Positions 25,820-38,657 of a DNA stretch of 40,931 nucleotides are shown here, in pieces (the first letter of the stretch is position 1; every line of letters begins with the position of its first letter). Under the pieces are notes generated by a model that was not told the DNA's origin, made no database searches, and saw nothing but the letters and a program-made list of their open reading frames with translations. The DNA is from Octopus bimaculoides (taxonomy: Eukaryota). The stretch spans positions 19,394,785-19,435,715 of the forward strand of contig NC_068992.1 of NCBI RefSeq assembly GCF_001194135.2, written 5' to 3'. The position numbers were made by a program, and so were the translations under genes.

Positions 25820-26002
25820 TTTGATATTTTGCGGTCGTAGGGCTAGTCAATAACATCGACACCACTACTGGTACTATTTTATCGATCCGAATAGGATAAA
25901 AGGCAATGTCGACCTCGGTGGTATTTCATATTAGTAAGTAAATAGCCGGAAGAAAAGCCGCCAGCATTTGATCCGACACACTAATGTTCCTGCTGACACC
26001 TT
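25820..26002 (-). mobile_element. SINE family B, diverged
   Basis: tttatcgatccgaataggataaaaggcaatgtcgacctcggtgg... matches the 26752-26966 copy. Confidence 0.7.
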
Positions 26003-26122
26003 AAATTAAAATATTTTGTCGTTTATATTTTAATTTTGAGTCACTGTACGGTGACCATGCTGGGGCAACGCCACGAGGAGTTTGAGTCAAACGAATCGGT
26101 TACAATACTTATTGTTCTAAGC

Positions 26123-26129
26123 ATGAAAC

Positions 26130-26191
<62 letters not shown>

Positions 26192-26219
26192 TGTCTCTCT
26201 CTCTTTCTCTTTCTCTCTC
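26123..26219. repeat. (CT)n microsatellite next to gap
   Basis: Direct reading. Confidence 0.95.
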
Positions 26220-26751
26220 NNNNNNNNNNNNNNNNNNNNNNNNNNNNNNNNNNNNNNNNNNNNNNNNNNNNNNNNNNNNNNNNNNNNNNNNNNNNNNNNN
26301 NNNNNNNNNNNNNNNNNNNNNNNNNNNNNNNNNNNNNNNNNNNNNNNNNNNNNNNNNNNNNNNNNNNNNNNNNNNNNNNNNNNNNNNNNNNNNNNNNNNN
26401 NNNNNNNNNNNNNNNNNNNNNNNNNNNNNNNNNNNNNNNNNNNNNNNNNNNNNNNNNNNNNNNNNNNNNNNNNNNNNNNNNNNNNNNNNNNNNNNNNNNN
26501 NNNNNNNNNNNNNNNNNNNNNNNNNNNNNNNNNNNNNNNNNNNNNNNNNNNNNNNNNNNNNNNNNNNNNNNNNNNNNNNNNNNNNNNNNNNNNNNNNNNN
26601 NNNNNNNNNNNTATATATATATAATACACAGAAAACAGCATTACTAGACATTGAAAACATCGAACCACAACACATATCCAACGCACTCAGAGCAGTGCTC
26701 CGTAGTGCAGTGAAAGCACGTCGTAAAAACTAAGACTACTGAGTAACAATA

Positions 26752-26966
26752 ATCCTTTCTACTATAGGCACAAGTCCCGAAATTTGAGGGAAGGGGCCAG
26801 TCGATTAGATCAACCCCAGTACGCCACAGGTACTTAATTTATCATCCCTGAAATGATGAAAGGCAAAGTCAACCTCAGCGGAATTTGATCTGAGAACATA
26901 AAGACAGACGAAACACCGCTAAGCATTTACCCTGGCGTGCTATCGTTTCTGCCAGCTCGTGGCCTT
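26752..26966 (-). mobile_element. SINE family B, full length, with 15-bp TSD-like flanks
   Basis: Best-preserved copy, flanked by tactgagtaacaata (26737-51) and tactgaataacaata (26966-80). Confidence 0.92.
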
Positions 26967-26980
26967 ACTGAATAACAATA

Positions 26981-27190
26981 AACCTTTCTACTCTAGGCAC
27001 AAGGCTCAAAATTTGGCGGGAGGGGGACAGTCAATTAGATCGACCCAAGTACGCAACTGCTGCTTAATTTATCGATCCAGAAATGATGAAATGATGTTGA
27101 CCTCGGCGCAATTTGAACTAAGAACGTAAAGACTGACGAAATACGGCAATGCATATCTCCCTGCTAGCTAACGATTCTGGCAGCTTGCCG
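26981..27190 (-). mobile_element. SINE family B, full length
   Basis: Colinear with the 26752-26966 copy and followed by tacagagtatcaata (27194-27208). Confidence 0.9.
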
Positions 27191-27568
27191 TATTACAGAG
27201 TATCAATAACGAAAACTAAATTGAAAGGGGGAGAAAAAACTTACAATAATAATAATGACAATAAATCTATTAAAGACACAAGGCCTGACATTTNNNNNNN
27301 NNNNNNNNNNNNNNNNNNNNNNNNNNNNNNNNNNNNNNNNNNNNNNNNNNNNNNNNNNNNNNNNNNNNNNNNNNNNNNNNNNNNNNNNNNNNNNNNNNNN
27401 NNNNNNNNNNNNNNNNNNNNNNNNNNNNNNNNNNNNNNNNNNNNNNNNNNNNNNNNNNNNNNNNNNNNNNNNNNNNNNNNNNNNNNNNNNNNNNNNNNNN
27501 NNNNNNNNNNNNNNNNNNNNNNNNNNNNNNNNNNNNNNNNNNNNNNNNNNNNNNNNNNNNNNNNNNNN

Positions 27569-27765
27569 GATGGTGGTGATGATGATGATGATGATGATGA
27601 TGATGGTGATGATGATTATGATGATGTTAATGATGGTGATGATGTTGATGATGATGATGATGATGACGATGATGATGGTGATGATTGTGATGGTGATGGC
27701 GATGATGATGATAGTGATGATGATGATGATCATCATCATCATCATCATCATTATCTTCATCAACA
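27569..27765. repeat. (GAT)n tract switching to (CAT)n
   Basis: Direct reading; the switch is at ~27730. Confidence 0.95.
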
Positions 27766-28154
27766 ACAACTACTAGTGAAGTAAATGCAAACGATGTGTA
27801 TGTTTGAGTTTTGCATCCAACCAAAAAAACAAAGAACAAAAAAAATGTGTAAAGATGCTTATAGCTCGTAGATTCAAAGAGCAGATCTCTGTCTCCAAAA
27901 AATATGCTATGTATCATACTGAAGCACAGAACAAGATATCTAGCTGCGCCTCGATTTTCAATAATATAAAATTACATAGTATAGAATATCTTATCTAGTG
28001 CGTGTGCATCTTAAACAATGTTTGCGCATAATATTCCCGTAGCGTGATTGATAGAATAGGCAAGTAATAGCTTTATGTAATAATTCCAAAAGAAAAAACA
28101 TTAATATAGAAATATTTGAGAAATTTTCCATGTAATATAATTATTTTTTTTCAC

Positions 28155-28340
28155 AGAAGTGGCTGTGTGATAAGAAGTTTCCATCTTAACCACATGCTTC
28201 CGGGTTCAATTCCAGCTTGTCACACCTCGGTCTGCCAAATCCACCTTCCGTCTAACAAAGATTTGTGAGTGGATTTGATAAAAGGTAAGTGAAAGAAGCC
28301 CGTCCTATATGGATATGTATATATATATATAGATATATAT
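28155..28340 (+). mobile_element. SINE family A, 5' half, diverged
   Basis: agaagtggctgtgtgataag...gggttcaattcc...gtgagtggatttg...aaagaagcccgtc, then TA tract and gap. Confidence 0.8.
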
Positions 28341-31099
28341 NNNNNNNNNNNNNNNNNNNNNNNNNNNNNNNNNNNNNNNNNNNNNNNNNNNNNNNNNNNN
28401 NNNNNNNNNNNNNNNNNNNNNNNNNNNNNNNNNNNNNNNNNNNNNNNNNNNNNNNNNNNNNNNNNNNNNNNNNNNNNNNNNNNNNNNNNNNNNNNNNNNN
28501 NNNNNNNNNNNNNNNNNNNNNNNNNNNNNNNNNNNNNNNNNNNNNNNNNNNNNNNNNNNNNNNNNNNNNNNNNNNNNNNNNNNNNNNNNNNNNNNNNNNN
28601 NNNNNNNNNNNNNNNNNNNNNNNNNNNNNNNNNNNNNNNNNNNNNNNNNNNNNNNNNNNNNNNNNNNNNNNNNNNNNNNNNNNNNNNAAAGAGTGAGAGG
28701 AAGTTTTTACCAACAATTTATCTCTTCAGTTCGCCATGTTATCGAAAACCTTTTCCTTATTAAAACTTCATTCTATATATTTTGAGAGGGTTCACAATTC
28801 TTTCGTGTTGTCAATCAATGCTTTGTTAGCCATTTGAAGGCTAAATGTTTCGTACACTCCGAATAACGGGTAGGCCTTTCTGCTCACTTGCCGCACACAA
28901 GTTGTTTTCTCGCTTTTTCGTTTGCTTTTATTTTTATTCTTGTTCTAGTCAAATTTGTACTTTATTCCACTTGCCTTTATTTGATGTTTCTTCGTGCTTT
29001 CCTCATTCTCGAAAACCTATAAGTGTACTACGAATAATTTGGCTGTGAGAATGGCTCCATAAATCTTAATGTGAACGTGACGGTACAGGAAAGATTGCTT
29101 TTCCTTATATGGCATATTGTTTTAGATATATGCCAGAGCTGTGTAAAACCCTAGACCTACTTTCATTTGACACAAACAATTTAGGTTCTGCATTTGCTGC
29201 TTATTAACGAATGGAAGATTAACGTAATTTTCCACTGTTTCATTTCAAATTGTATGTCTTTCATATTCAGAGATGAAACGTTGGAGATAATTTTGGCAAA
29301 CCTGGTAAGATTATCAGAAAAGCTTCGAATTTTGTATTCCCCAATCGGCAACAGTTGGATTTATATGTAAATGTTAATGTTGTGACTGTTGATGATCTTA
29401 TCTCTGCTACTAAGTGAACATTTAAAACCACATGGATTATTATTTTTACATGAACCTGTAAAATTTATTCCTGCAGCTGAATGTTGTGTGTCTAGCCACA
29501 CAGCAAGTCACACCTCTTTTTACTAATCTTTTTATAATGACTACACTATATATGTCTGTAAGGTAATTTCTCTGCAAGAGTCTACCCGTTACTCATCTCC
29601 GCTTCCATAATATACAATTTATAAAATGTATAAAAATTGTCTCCATAATTCTGCATATGAATCCCATCCATTTCTCTGATAGTTTAAGGCCTTATATTTT
29701 TTCCATGTTTACACACAAACATAAATTTATATCCGCAAATACCTACTACACGCGCACACATACACAAATGCACGCAGACATATATGCACATATATGTGTA
29801 TGTATACGTATATATATATANNNNNNNNNNNNNNNNNNNNNNNNNNNNNNNNNNNNNNNNNNNNNNNNNNNNNNNNNNNNNNNNNNNNNNNNNNNNNNNN
29901 NNNNNNNNNNNNNNNNNNNNNNNNNNNNNNNNNNNNNNNNNNNNNNNNNNNNNNNNNNNNNNNNNNNNNNNNNNNNNNNNNNNNNNNNNNNNNNNNNNNN
30001 NNNNNNNNNNNNNNNNNNNNNNNNNNNNNNNNNNNNNNNNNNNNNNNNNNNNNNNNNNNNNNNNNNNNNNNNNNNNNNNNNNNNNNNNNNNNNNNNNNNN
30101 NNNNNNNNNNNNNNNNNNNNNNNNNNNNNNNNNNNNNNNNNNNNNNNNNNNNNNNNNNNNNNNNNNNNNNNNNNNNNNNNNNNNNNNNNNNNNNNNNNNN
30201 NNNNNNNNNNNNNNNNNNNNNNNNNNNNNNNNNNNNNNNNNNNNNNNNNNNNNNNNNNNNNNNNNNNNNNNNNNNNNNNNNNNNNNNNNNNNNNNNNNNN
30301 NNNNNNNNNNNNNNNNNNNNNNNNNNNNNNNNNNNNNNNNNATATATATATATATATACACACACACATTTAAATGTTTTTGCAGGTGTTTTCACATTAT
30401 TTTCTCATTCATCATAAAGAACAGAACATAATACCTAAAACAACATTTAATATAAAAATATTCGTGTTCCGACGTAAATCTGTGATAATTCTGTCTGAGT
30501 TGACTGACTTGCTTACTTTCATAACCTTAATCATTAGTTTTAGTCTGCATGTCTCTAAATATAGTTTGGTATTTATCATTTAGAAAACTAGAACTTACTA
30601 GAGATCAAATATATTTATTTTACTTTGTGAGTAATTTTATTTTTAATCCTTTAATTCATTTACAGCGTTTTGCGAATGCAATTATATGAAATATAAGCGA
30701 ATCGTAATTGAATATTGGGAAAAAATTGGCACTGTTTTATATTAAGAAATGAACATTTGTTGTTAACGATTTACTGTCTTTCGACTCAGATTGTAACCAA
30801 GATTGAGTTTTATTCATATCGACTTTCGTATATCTAGATACAGACACAATATTACGGTAGACTTATAAGATATGCTGAGGTAAATACCTTTAGCAATGTG
30901 CAAGAAACCTACGTGTTTCGTTTAATCGCGACACTTAGAAACTGAAACTGTTTCGTGGACGCTTTGTTTTTTATTGAAGAACAGCAGAGTTATGAGCAAT
31001 ATACGATACGAAACATAGAGTGACAATGAATGAGTATTTGAATCCACCTTAGAGGAAGTTATTAATAATATTAGTCTCAATTTTAATAAGAGGAGTTAA

Positions 31100-31242
31100 G
31101 GCAATGACATCGACTCCAGTGAGCAACTGTTACTTTTTTGATCGACCTCGAAAAGATGAAACGCAAAAATCGACCTCGGAGATGTTTGAACTCAGAAAGT
31201 AAAGACGGATGAAATGCCGTTAAGCATTTTGACCGGCATGCA
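31100..31242 (-). mobile_element. SINE family B fragment
   Basis: gatcgacctcgaaaagatgaaacgcaaaaatcgacctcggagatgtttgaactcagaaagtaaagacggatgaaatgccgttaagcatttt. Confidence 0.78.
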
Positions 31243-31409
31243 AGTACTTATAATAGTGAATACAAATATAACGTATATCTACAAAGCTGAAGACTCCACC
31301 TTTCATAATATAACGCAAGACATTTTGACACAGGACAGAAAGCGCTGGAAGAAATACTGCAAGGCATCCTGTCCAACACCCAAACCATTCTCTGATTCAC
31401 CGCCTTTAA

Positions 31410-31550
31410 CATATTTTTCTTTCATCTTTTTTTCACCTGTTAATCATTAGACTGCGGCCATGCGTGGGTACCGCTTTGATAATCCAAGCACCTATTCTAT
31501 CGACCTGTTTTGGTGAACCGCTAGGCTACGTCGGAACTAACATCACGCTA
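31410..31550 (-). mobile_element. SINE family A 3' fragment
   Basis: gactgcggccatgc...cctattctatcg...gaaccgctag are reverse complements of the family A tail and body. Confidence 0.7.
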
Positions 31551-32889
31551 CTATATAATAAACATTTGTATAGGAAGTATTAATACTTCCAGAACTGGGG
31601 TTTGTGGAGTAGGAGGTGGGAGAATCCAATCATGAATTTGAAGGTGGGGTTGTTGTTAATGTATTCAAGCGTAGAGTTTTCTGGGCTCTATTATGTTGCA
31701 CCATTCTTTTGTCTTTTTTAAGATTATCCAGGTTATATGTTTTAGCAGAAGCAGCAGTTTAAAGTTGGTGGCAGATTAGAAAGCATTGAACTTTCAGAAA
31801 TTGGTCGTTGTGTTTCTCTAAACCGCAATGCTATAGCATAAACGACGAGGGTCTTGAGGTTGGCTGCGCAAGGATTAAAAGGGGCTGAAATAGCTATTAG
31901 GTACCCACAGGCTCTATATGCATATCCAGCTCTACGATGCCAACAGTTACAAGTCGAGAATAATGGGGGAAAACTTTTCAGTTTTTACATTATTAACAAA
32001 ACGAAATAATAACTCAGTCGTTCACGTTGATGCTGTTTATTTTTTTATTATTTACTTTACAATGTAAAATATCGTGTAGATTGATGGCAAGTCTAGCGGT
32101 ACGTGCATGATGTTGTATGCATTAGATTTGGAATTGTATCAAATATGTAACAAGATTGTTATTTTGTTGTTTATGAAGAGATGTTTGCCACTACTATTAT
32201 TAAATTCATGCCTGCTTGAGTTAATGGGTTCGTGTTTAATGATTGCTCCATAGAGATATTCACGAATTCACTCGCACCTTTGACATCTCACGCATAGCAT
32301 GCTTGTGAATCTGGACAACTGCAAAGTTTCGAGATGAAAGACAAATATCGAACATTCTTGTATATTCTTCTACTGTGACACATTTTTAATGGAAAAATAA
32401 GATTAATATTCCGTGCGTCTATCTATATGCATGGGTAATTATGTGAATGTCTCTTTTATGTTTGAATATCTGTGAGAAGATTTGCGAATGGAAGTTTTCG
32501 ATTTAAGATATATCGTGAGATATGATATGTGTGTATGTGCGACTGATTTAGACAAAGACGTTATGAGAACGTGCTGCCTATTGGTTTCTTTATGCGTGTA
32601 TCAAATTGTAAGAGAGATATACGGCGGAGAGAGAGAGAGAGGGAAAGAACGAAAAGGTGACAGGTATAAGGAAAAAGATTGCTTAGCAGTTTTAATGCAC
32701 ACCTTGGAATATGAATTTGTTTGACTCTGGCATAAGTACACATAACTCTAACACTGTAGTCGACATAGTGATCTGTAATTAACGACTAGATATTTATCGC
32801 CTTCCCTTAATGGTGGAAAATAATAAGCGGTGAAGACGATGTCGAGTCACATCCTCCAGGATTTATTGTATGACGTGCTACTGTTTCTG

Positions 32890-32962
32890 TAATATAATAT
32901 AATATAATATAATATAATATAATGTAATATAATATAATGTAATGTAATATAATATAATATAT
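32890..32962. repeat. (AATAT)n pentanucleotide repeat
   Basis: Direct reading. Confidence 0.9.
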
Positions 32963-33496
32963 ATACATACATAGGTGCATTTTTTCTATAATAGCAGATG
33001 TTATTTTTTCCATATTCTGATTGTAAGTATCAGTAGCTTACGTTTGCAAGTCAAACTATTTTGCATGTGTTTGGAAAGAAATAAATATAAAGGAAAACAG
33101 AGAAAAAAAAGAAAGAACAAAAAAAGGAAAAGAGAAAGAAGGGAAATTCTTACTTTATTAAAATGTTCTTAGTTGTTAGTTTACGGTATCATTAAAGCGT
33201 GTGTTGCTGCTATCATATTTCACTCGTTATTTGTAACTATCCGTCAGCAAAGTTGTGTTGTATATACATATGATAGCGTAGTTCTCAATTGAAAAAAATG
33301 ACTTAAATATCTGTAAAATATTCAGATCTCTAAGCATTGATGCTTTGAGGAATGTTTAAAGAAAATAATTACGTTTTGAGTACAAAAATTATGTGATTTC
33401 ATATAGTTCTTATTTCAAATATTTACTACACTTACTCAGAATCGATAAAATGGAGAATTCCAAAGCAGACGACCTAATTTATCTAATGAGGTCTCG

Positions 33497-33630
33497 CATG
33501 GCTCTGCACATGATGACAGGTTATGTCTCATTGTGTGGCACCTTGGACAAGTGTCTTCTACTATAGTCTCGAACCGATCAAAGCCTTGTAAATGGATTTC
33601 TTAGACGGAAGCTAAAAGAAGCCCTTCTTA
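33497..33630 (+). mobile_element. SINE family A 5' half, diverged
   Basis: gtggcaccttggacaagtgtcttctactatag...aaagccttgtaaatggattt...agacggaagctaaaagaagccc. Confidence 0.8.
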
Positions 33631-36103
33631 TCTGTGTATATCTATGGATGCGTATGTGTATTTCTGTGCGTGTGTGTGTATTTCTGAGCGTGTGTGTTTG
33701 TAAGTTTGTGTCTATTGTAATTATTTAGCATTACGTTGTTAAAACTTTTCAGAGAGGCATGGAGGTTCACAATTTGTATCCATTATTGAAACTATATGAT
33801 GTAATATAAAGAGGCAATTTCATTCAAGTAAATTAAAATTTTTCCAGCGCATATACTGTAAAATATTCAGAAGCAGAAATCAAAATATTAATTGTAACTC
33901 TTAATAGAAAGAGATAAATCGAAAGTGACGTCATGCACAATGTAATCATTAATTTGAACTCTTAAAGACCGAACTTTATTTAAATATATACCGTTCTGAT
34001 CGGGGTCCAAATCTAAACAAGTATGATTACTTTGTTGCCTATATTATTTGACGCTATGCACATTACTAATGATAATCTTAATGCGATCAACTAGGTCCCT
34101 GGCTTAGCTCTTTGTCTGCTCAGAAAAGTTTAATACATTTATCCTAAGCGTCCAGACTTTTAGCAAGTGTTTGTTTCGTGCGCTCTGGGTAGTATAAACC
34201 TTTCCTTTTATAAATACCAAAGTTACTCTGGTGGTTGAAAAAGATTTGGGGATGTGTATCATGATAAATGGGAACCAAAGAATGTCTTGTATATCTCATT
34301 GTGATACACAATGCGAGCAAAGGTGAATATGTGTGGATTTAAATGCCAGTATATTGATATGATGTTGACTGAAATCACAACTTCTGTAATTGCTCTCTGG
34401 TCGAATATTTGGCGTTTCAGACCAACAATTGAAAATCGTGTACTTATTTCTTGCATCTATTACGTTCACTTTCAGTTGACACATACAGAATATTAACTAT
34501 GTTTTCTTGTTGTGACCTATACATAGGAACTACAATTCCCTGTAAGGAAATGAAGTTTATAATCATTCTATTTTAATGTTTATAAATGAAATGTCTAAGA
34601 TACAATATGCTAAGGACTAAAAAATTGTAAATGGTCGCCAAGAGCACTTTCTCTTCTCAGCGCCAAATATTCAATTTAAATACCATTAATCAAATAAAGA
34701 CGCCCTAAAGTGACTCATAAAAAAACTCAAATGATTTTTTTACATTTCAAATATGAAGAAATATAGTATGAGTTTCATAGAAAAATTATCGTCAATATTT
34801 CCTTTCCCTCCGGTACCTGAGGGGTTCATGTTGAAAACTGTCTTGTTTTCATACATTAGGCTTCCATTCATTTATTTCACTTCTTTCTAGTTTACTTGCT
34901 TCAAATACTTAATGAGCTCTTAAAACGAGATAAGAGCTTTTTTTTCACCGTGAATTTCCTTCATTAAAGAAAATAAAAACATTGCGTTCCTACATATTCA
35001 ATATCTCATCTCCTTAATTTATCAACGTAAAGAATCATTGAATATCCCGGTTCTTTTATGAGAAAATGCATCAAGTATACATCAAGTATACACAATGCAT
35101 TAAGATGCGCATAAAAAAGGGGAATCGATTTCGTATTAAACTCATCATCATTCCCGCAACTAATGATTTAGATGATAGCATAAGAAAGTTGTTTCCGGGC
35201 CTGGAACTCTACGCACCAAATGGAAGAGGGAAATAAAGTCAGGATTCATAACAAACAAAGAAGAAAAAACACATTCCTAAAATTTTTTGAAAAGATTTCT
35301 GAAATGACAGTACGTCTAGATTGAACCGTAGAAACACAAATTTTAAAATAAAACCTATTTCTACGTGACTAAACTATCAAAATCCTTCAGTTTTCTTTTC
35401 AAAGAGACACACGATTAAACTACGTTCGAATTATTTCTATTCTCTGGAAGGACTATCATTTATTGCTGAATTCTACAGCTATATCACGTCACATCCTTTG
35501 TAAACGAAAAGTCAACAGATCGTAACTTTATATGCCAAATACTATTTTTCGATCATATATTACACAAGGCAGTTTATATTACAAACAATTTAAACCGAGT
35601 GGGTTTGTAATGATAATAATAATACGCGATTTGTATTTGTCACAACTAAGTTTAAACAGTGTTACGAGATGGAACTGTTTACTGCCTTCTGATATTGTAG
35701 CATTTAGTATTAACAGAATGATTAAAAAATGTGTTACCTGTTCGAATGTATTTGACGCATATCCGAACCGTAAGGAAGCTTTTCACTGTGTTTTGTCATA
35801 GAGAAGATTGCGTGATGTGGACAAATGGGTGTAAGTATACCACACCAACGTGCAGTACGATCTGACTAGGCTTTAAAACGCGTGCATTTCGGAGAAGTTA
35901 GCACTTCTTCAGCCATAGAAACCAGCCAAGATTGCGCTGAGAGCTGACTCGAGAGACTATCTCTCTTATGATGTTCTCATCATTATACAATCGCTGGTAG
36001 CGCTAATCGGTGACACATCGTAGATAAAAGCTGGTGGCAATTTGTATTTATTCAAGTTTGCATCTATTCACGTTAGTGCTTAGTACTGTTATCCAGTATA
36101 ATA

Positions 36104-36230
36104 CAGGTTGTCCACAAAGTCTGGGTACATAGGGATTAACACATACTTTAAGAAACTATTATATCTTATATTTAATTGTTTATGTTATGATTCTATTTAC
36201 TCCATGTAGCCAGACTTCGTGTACACTCTG
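36104..36230. mobile_element. Tc1/mariner-type MITE, 127 bp, TA target duplication
   Basis: TA|CAGGTTGTCCACAAAGTCTGGGTACATAGGG; the right end reverse-complements to TA|CAGAGTGTACACGAAGTCTGGCTACATGGAG. AT-rich interior. Confidence 0.82.
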
Positions 36231-37218
36231 TAGAATGTTATATGATTTTAGTATTTTGTTACATACGCGTCAAACACTATTTATGTCTATTTAAGTCAAC
36301 TTCGAATATCATGCCAAAAGTACCGAATTGTCGTTTTCCAGTGTAACACTAAAGTATTGCTTCATCCGTCATTTAAAATACATAATGTTAGATATATAAA
36401 TTCTATTCCCAAGTCGTTATGATACGTGCATTTCGAAATCTACATAGCATATCTTACATACATTCGGAAAAAAATAAGTATTCCATTTGCATAATATAAT
36501 TTATTGGTGGGTAAAAGTCACATTTAGTATCCTTGCAAGAGATAGAACAAGGTTAGAGAAGTTAGTCTCTACTAATACAAGATTAGATCATTGCAGCGTA
36601 TTATTATATTTAAATATCTAATCAACCAAACGCATCAGCCTTTTTTCTATTTTCTGAAAACCTAAATGTTCATGAATATATTGACCAACAATTGCTACAG
36701 GAGATCAGCCTGGTACATACGGAAAGGTTACATTTAATCATTGCTGTCAAGATAATGCCTTAATCTGTACTGAAAATGCTTAATTGTTTGCTGTTTGCGA
36801 TACACAACGTTCGCTGATACAAACAGAGAATGGTGACCACCGGATAATTGTGCATCCCCGTTGAAACTAATCTTTGGATATATAGATTCGTTTAAATTGT
36901 GAGGCAAATAGCTGAAATGTGCTCAAACATAATTTTTTGGTCTTAGGAGAGGAAATATTCGAACTTATTTACTTTCATTAACTGCACTTAATTATCATAG
37001 AAGTCGAAGAGGATGAGGCATAGGCTATTTCAAATACTTCGTGTAAAATCATTGAAGTATTGAAAAAACAATATTTTTAAGGAACCTTTGTCTTTTTGCT
37101 CAAAAGAAGACGACGCTTAATTATGACCAGCTTTAACGACCCTGTATTCTATGTATTTATGTTTTCTTTAAGTCTGATGACTGAGGAACTATATACAACT
37201 GTATATTTCAACTACATA

Positions 37219-37379
37219 GGCGTAGGATTGGCTGTGTGGTAAATAGCTTGCTTACGAACCACATAGTTCCGTGATCAGTCCAATGAGTGGCACCTTGGGC
37301 AAGTGTCTTCTACTATAGACTAGGGCCGACCAAAGCCTTGTGAGTGGATTTGGTAGACGGAAACTGAAAGAAGCCCGTA

Positions 37380-37459
<80 letters not shown>

Positions 37460-37460
37460 A

Positions 37461-37497
<37 letters not shown>

Positions 37498-37638
37498 TTG
37501 TGTGTCTGTGTTTGTCCCCCCAACAATGCTTGACAACCGATGCTGGTGAGTTTACGTCCCCGTAACTTAGCGGTTCGGCAAAATTGAACGATAGAATGGG
37601 TACTAGGCTTACAGCGAATAAGCCTTGTGTTCGACTTG
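37219..37638 (+). mobile_element. SINE family A, near full length, with expanded internal (TA)n/(TG)n
   Basis: Colinear with the reverse complement of 226-574. Confidence 0.92.
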
Positions 37639-37904
37639 GTGGAGTGAGTGACCTAATGTACACCATATACCTTTCATAACTAGAAAGAAAATATTTGTAT
37701 AAAGTTGTTCAGCAAGAAAGTGCAGAACTGCATTCCTCGTATTGCGCGAAACTACTTACTTATTCCTTGCTATTTACAAGAGTCTACGACCATCATGTTT
37801 ATCAGTCAACTATAGATGATATCTTATAGACACTGTGAATGACATTCAATATCTAGATACTCACTTCCGTTGGTAGGCTAACATATACATTATGTGTAAT
37901 TCTT

Positions 37905-38060
37905 CTTCTGTCATTACATTCTGACTTCAAATCCCGCCGACGTCAACTTTGCCTTTCATCTTTTTGGGGTCGAAAAATTAAGCACCAATGAAACGCTGGG
38001 ATCGATGTAATCTACTAGTCCGCTCCCACCAAATTTCAGGCCTCGTGTCTTTAGCAGAAA
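37905..38060 (+). mobile_element. SINE family B, 5'-truncated
   Basis: ttctgacttcaaatcccgccgacgtcaactttgcctttcatc...ccaaatttcaggcctcgtgtc. Confidence 0.8.
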
Positions 38061-38178
38061 TATTATTTCTAATTCTTCATATTCATATGAATACACACAT
38101 CTGAAAAAAACTATAATAATTGTCTTCAAGTATCTTTACTCTATATCGCATATTCTAGCAATTATGTACTCACACAAA

Positions 38179-38657
38179 GGCGGGCATGGCTCGGGAAAGC
38201 TTACTTTGCAATCATGTGATTTCAAGTTCATTGCAACGGCGTGGCGCATTGAGCAAGTGTCTTGTACAATAGTTCCGGTCAGACCAATGTTTTATGAATG
38301 AATTTGATAGGCAGAAAAGTCCTGGAATCCCGTTGTTTCTATATGTACCAGCGTGTGTGTACCTGTGGGTATGTGTGTGTATGTGTGTGTGGTGTGTGTG
38401 TGTGTGTATGTGCGTGTGCGTGTGTGTATGTATGTGTGTATGCGTGTGTGCGTGTGCTTGTCTTTGTCCATCATCAGAGCTTGAGATCCACTGCTAGCTT
38501 GTTTCCGTCTTCGTAAAATAGCGATTCGGCAAAACAGATCGTTAGAACAAGTAGCAGATATTGAAAATAAGTTTTACCGTTAATTTATTCGACTAAAACT
38601 TTCATAGTGTTCTTTTTGCACAGCCGCAGTTGAACGACGATTGAAACAAGTAAAACA
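38179..38657 (+). mobile_element. SINE family A, old and highly diverged full-length copy
   Basis: gcaagtgtctt, an internal TG tract, agcgattcggcaaaa and the tail cagccgcag...gaaacaagtaaaa appear in the family A order. Confidence 0.72.

Noticed and set aside
26737-27208. Repeat-spacer-repeat layout superficially like a CRISPR array
   Set aside because: The 'spacers' are homologous SINE copies of ~210 bp, and the DNA is eukaryotic with no cas genes.
31580-31960. A-rich - strand stretch resembling a decayed LINE ORF
   Set aside because: Multiple stops and no diagnostic RT or endonuclease motif that I could recognise.
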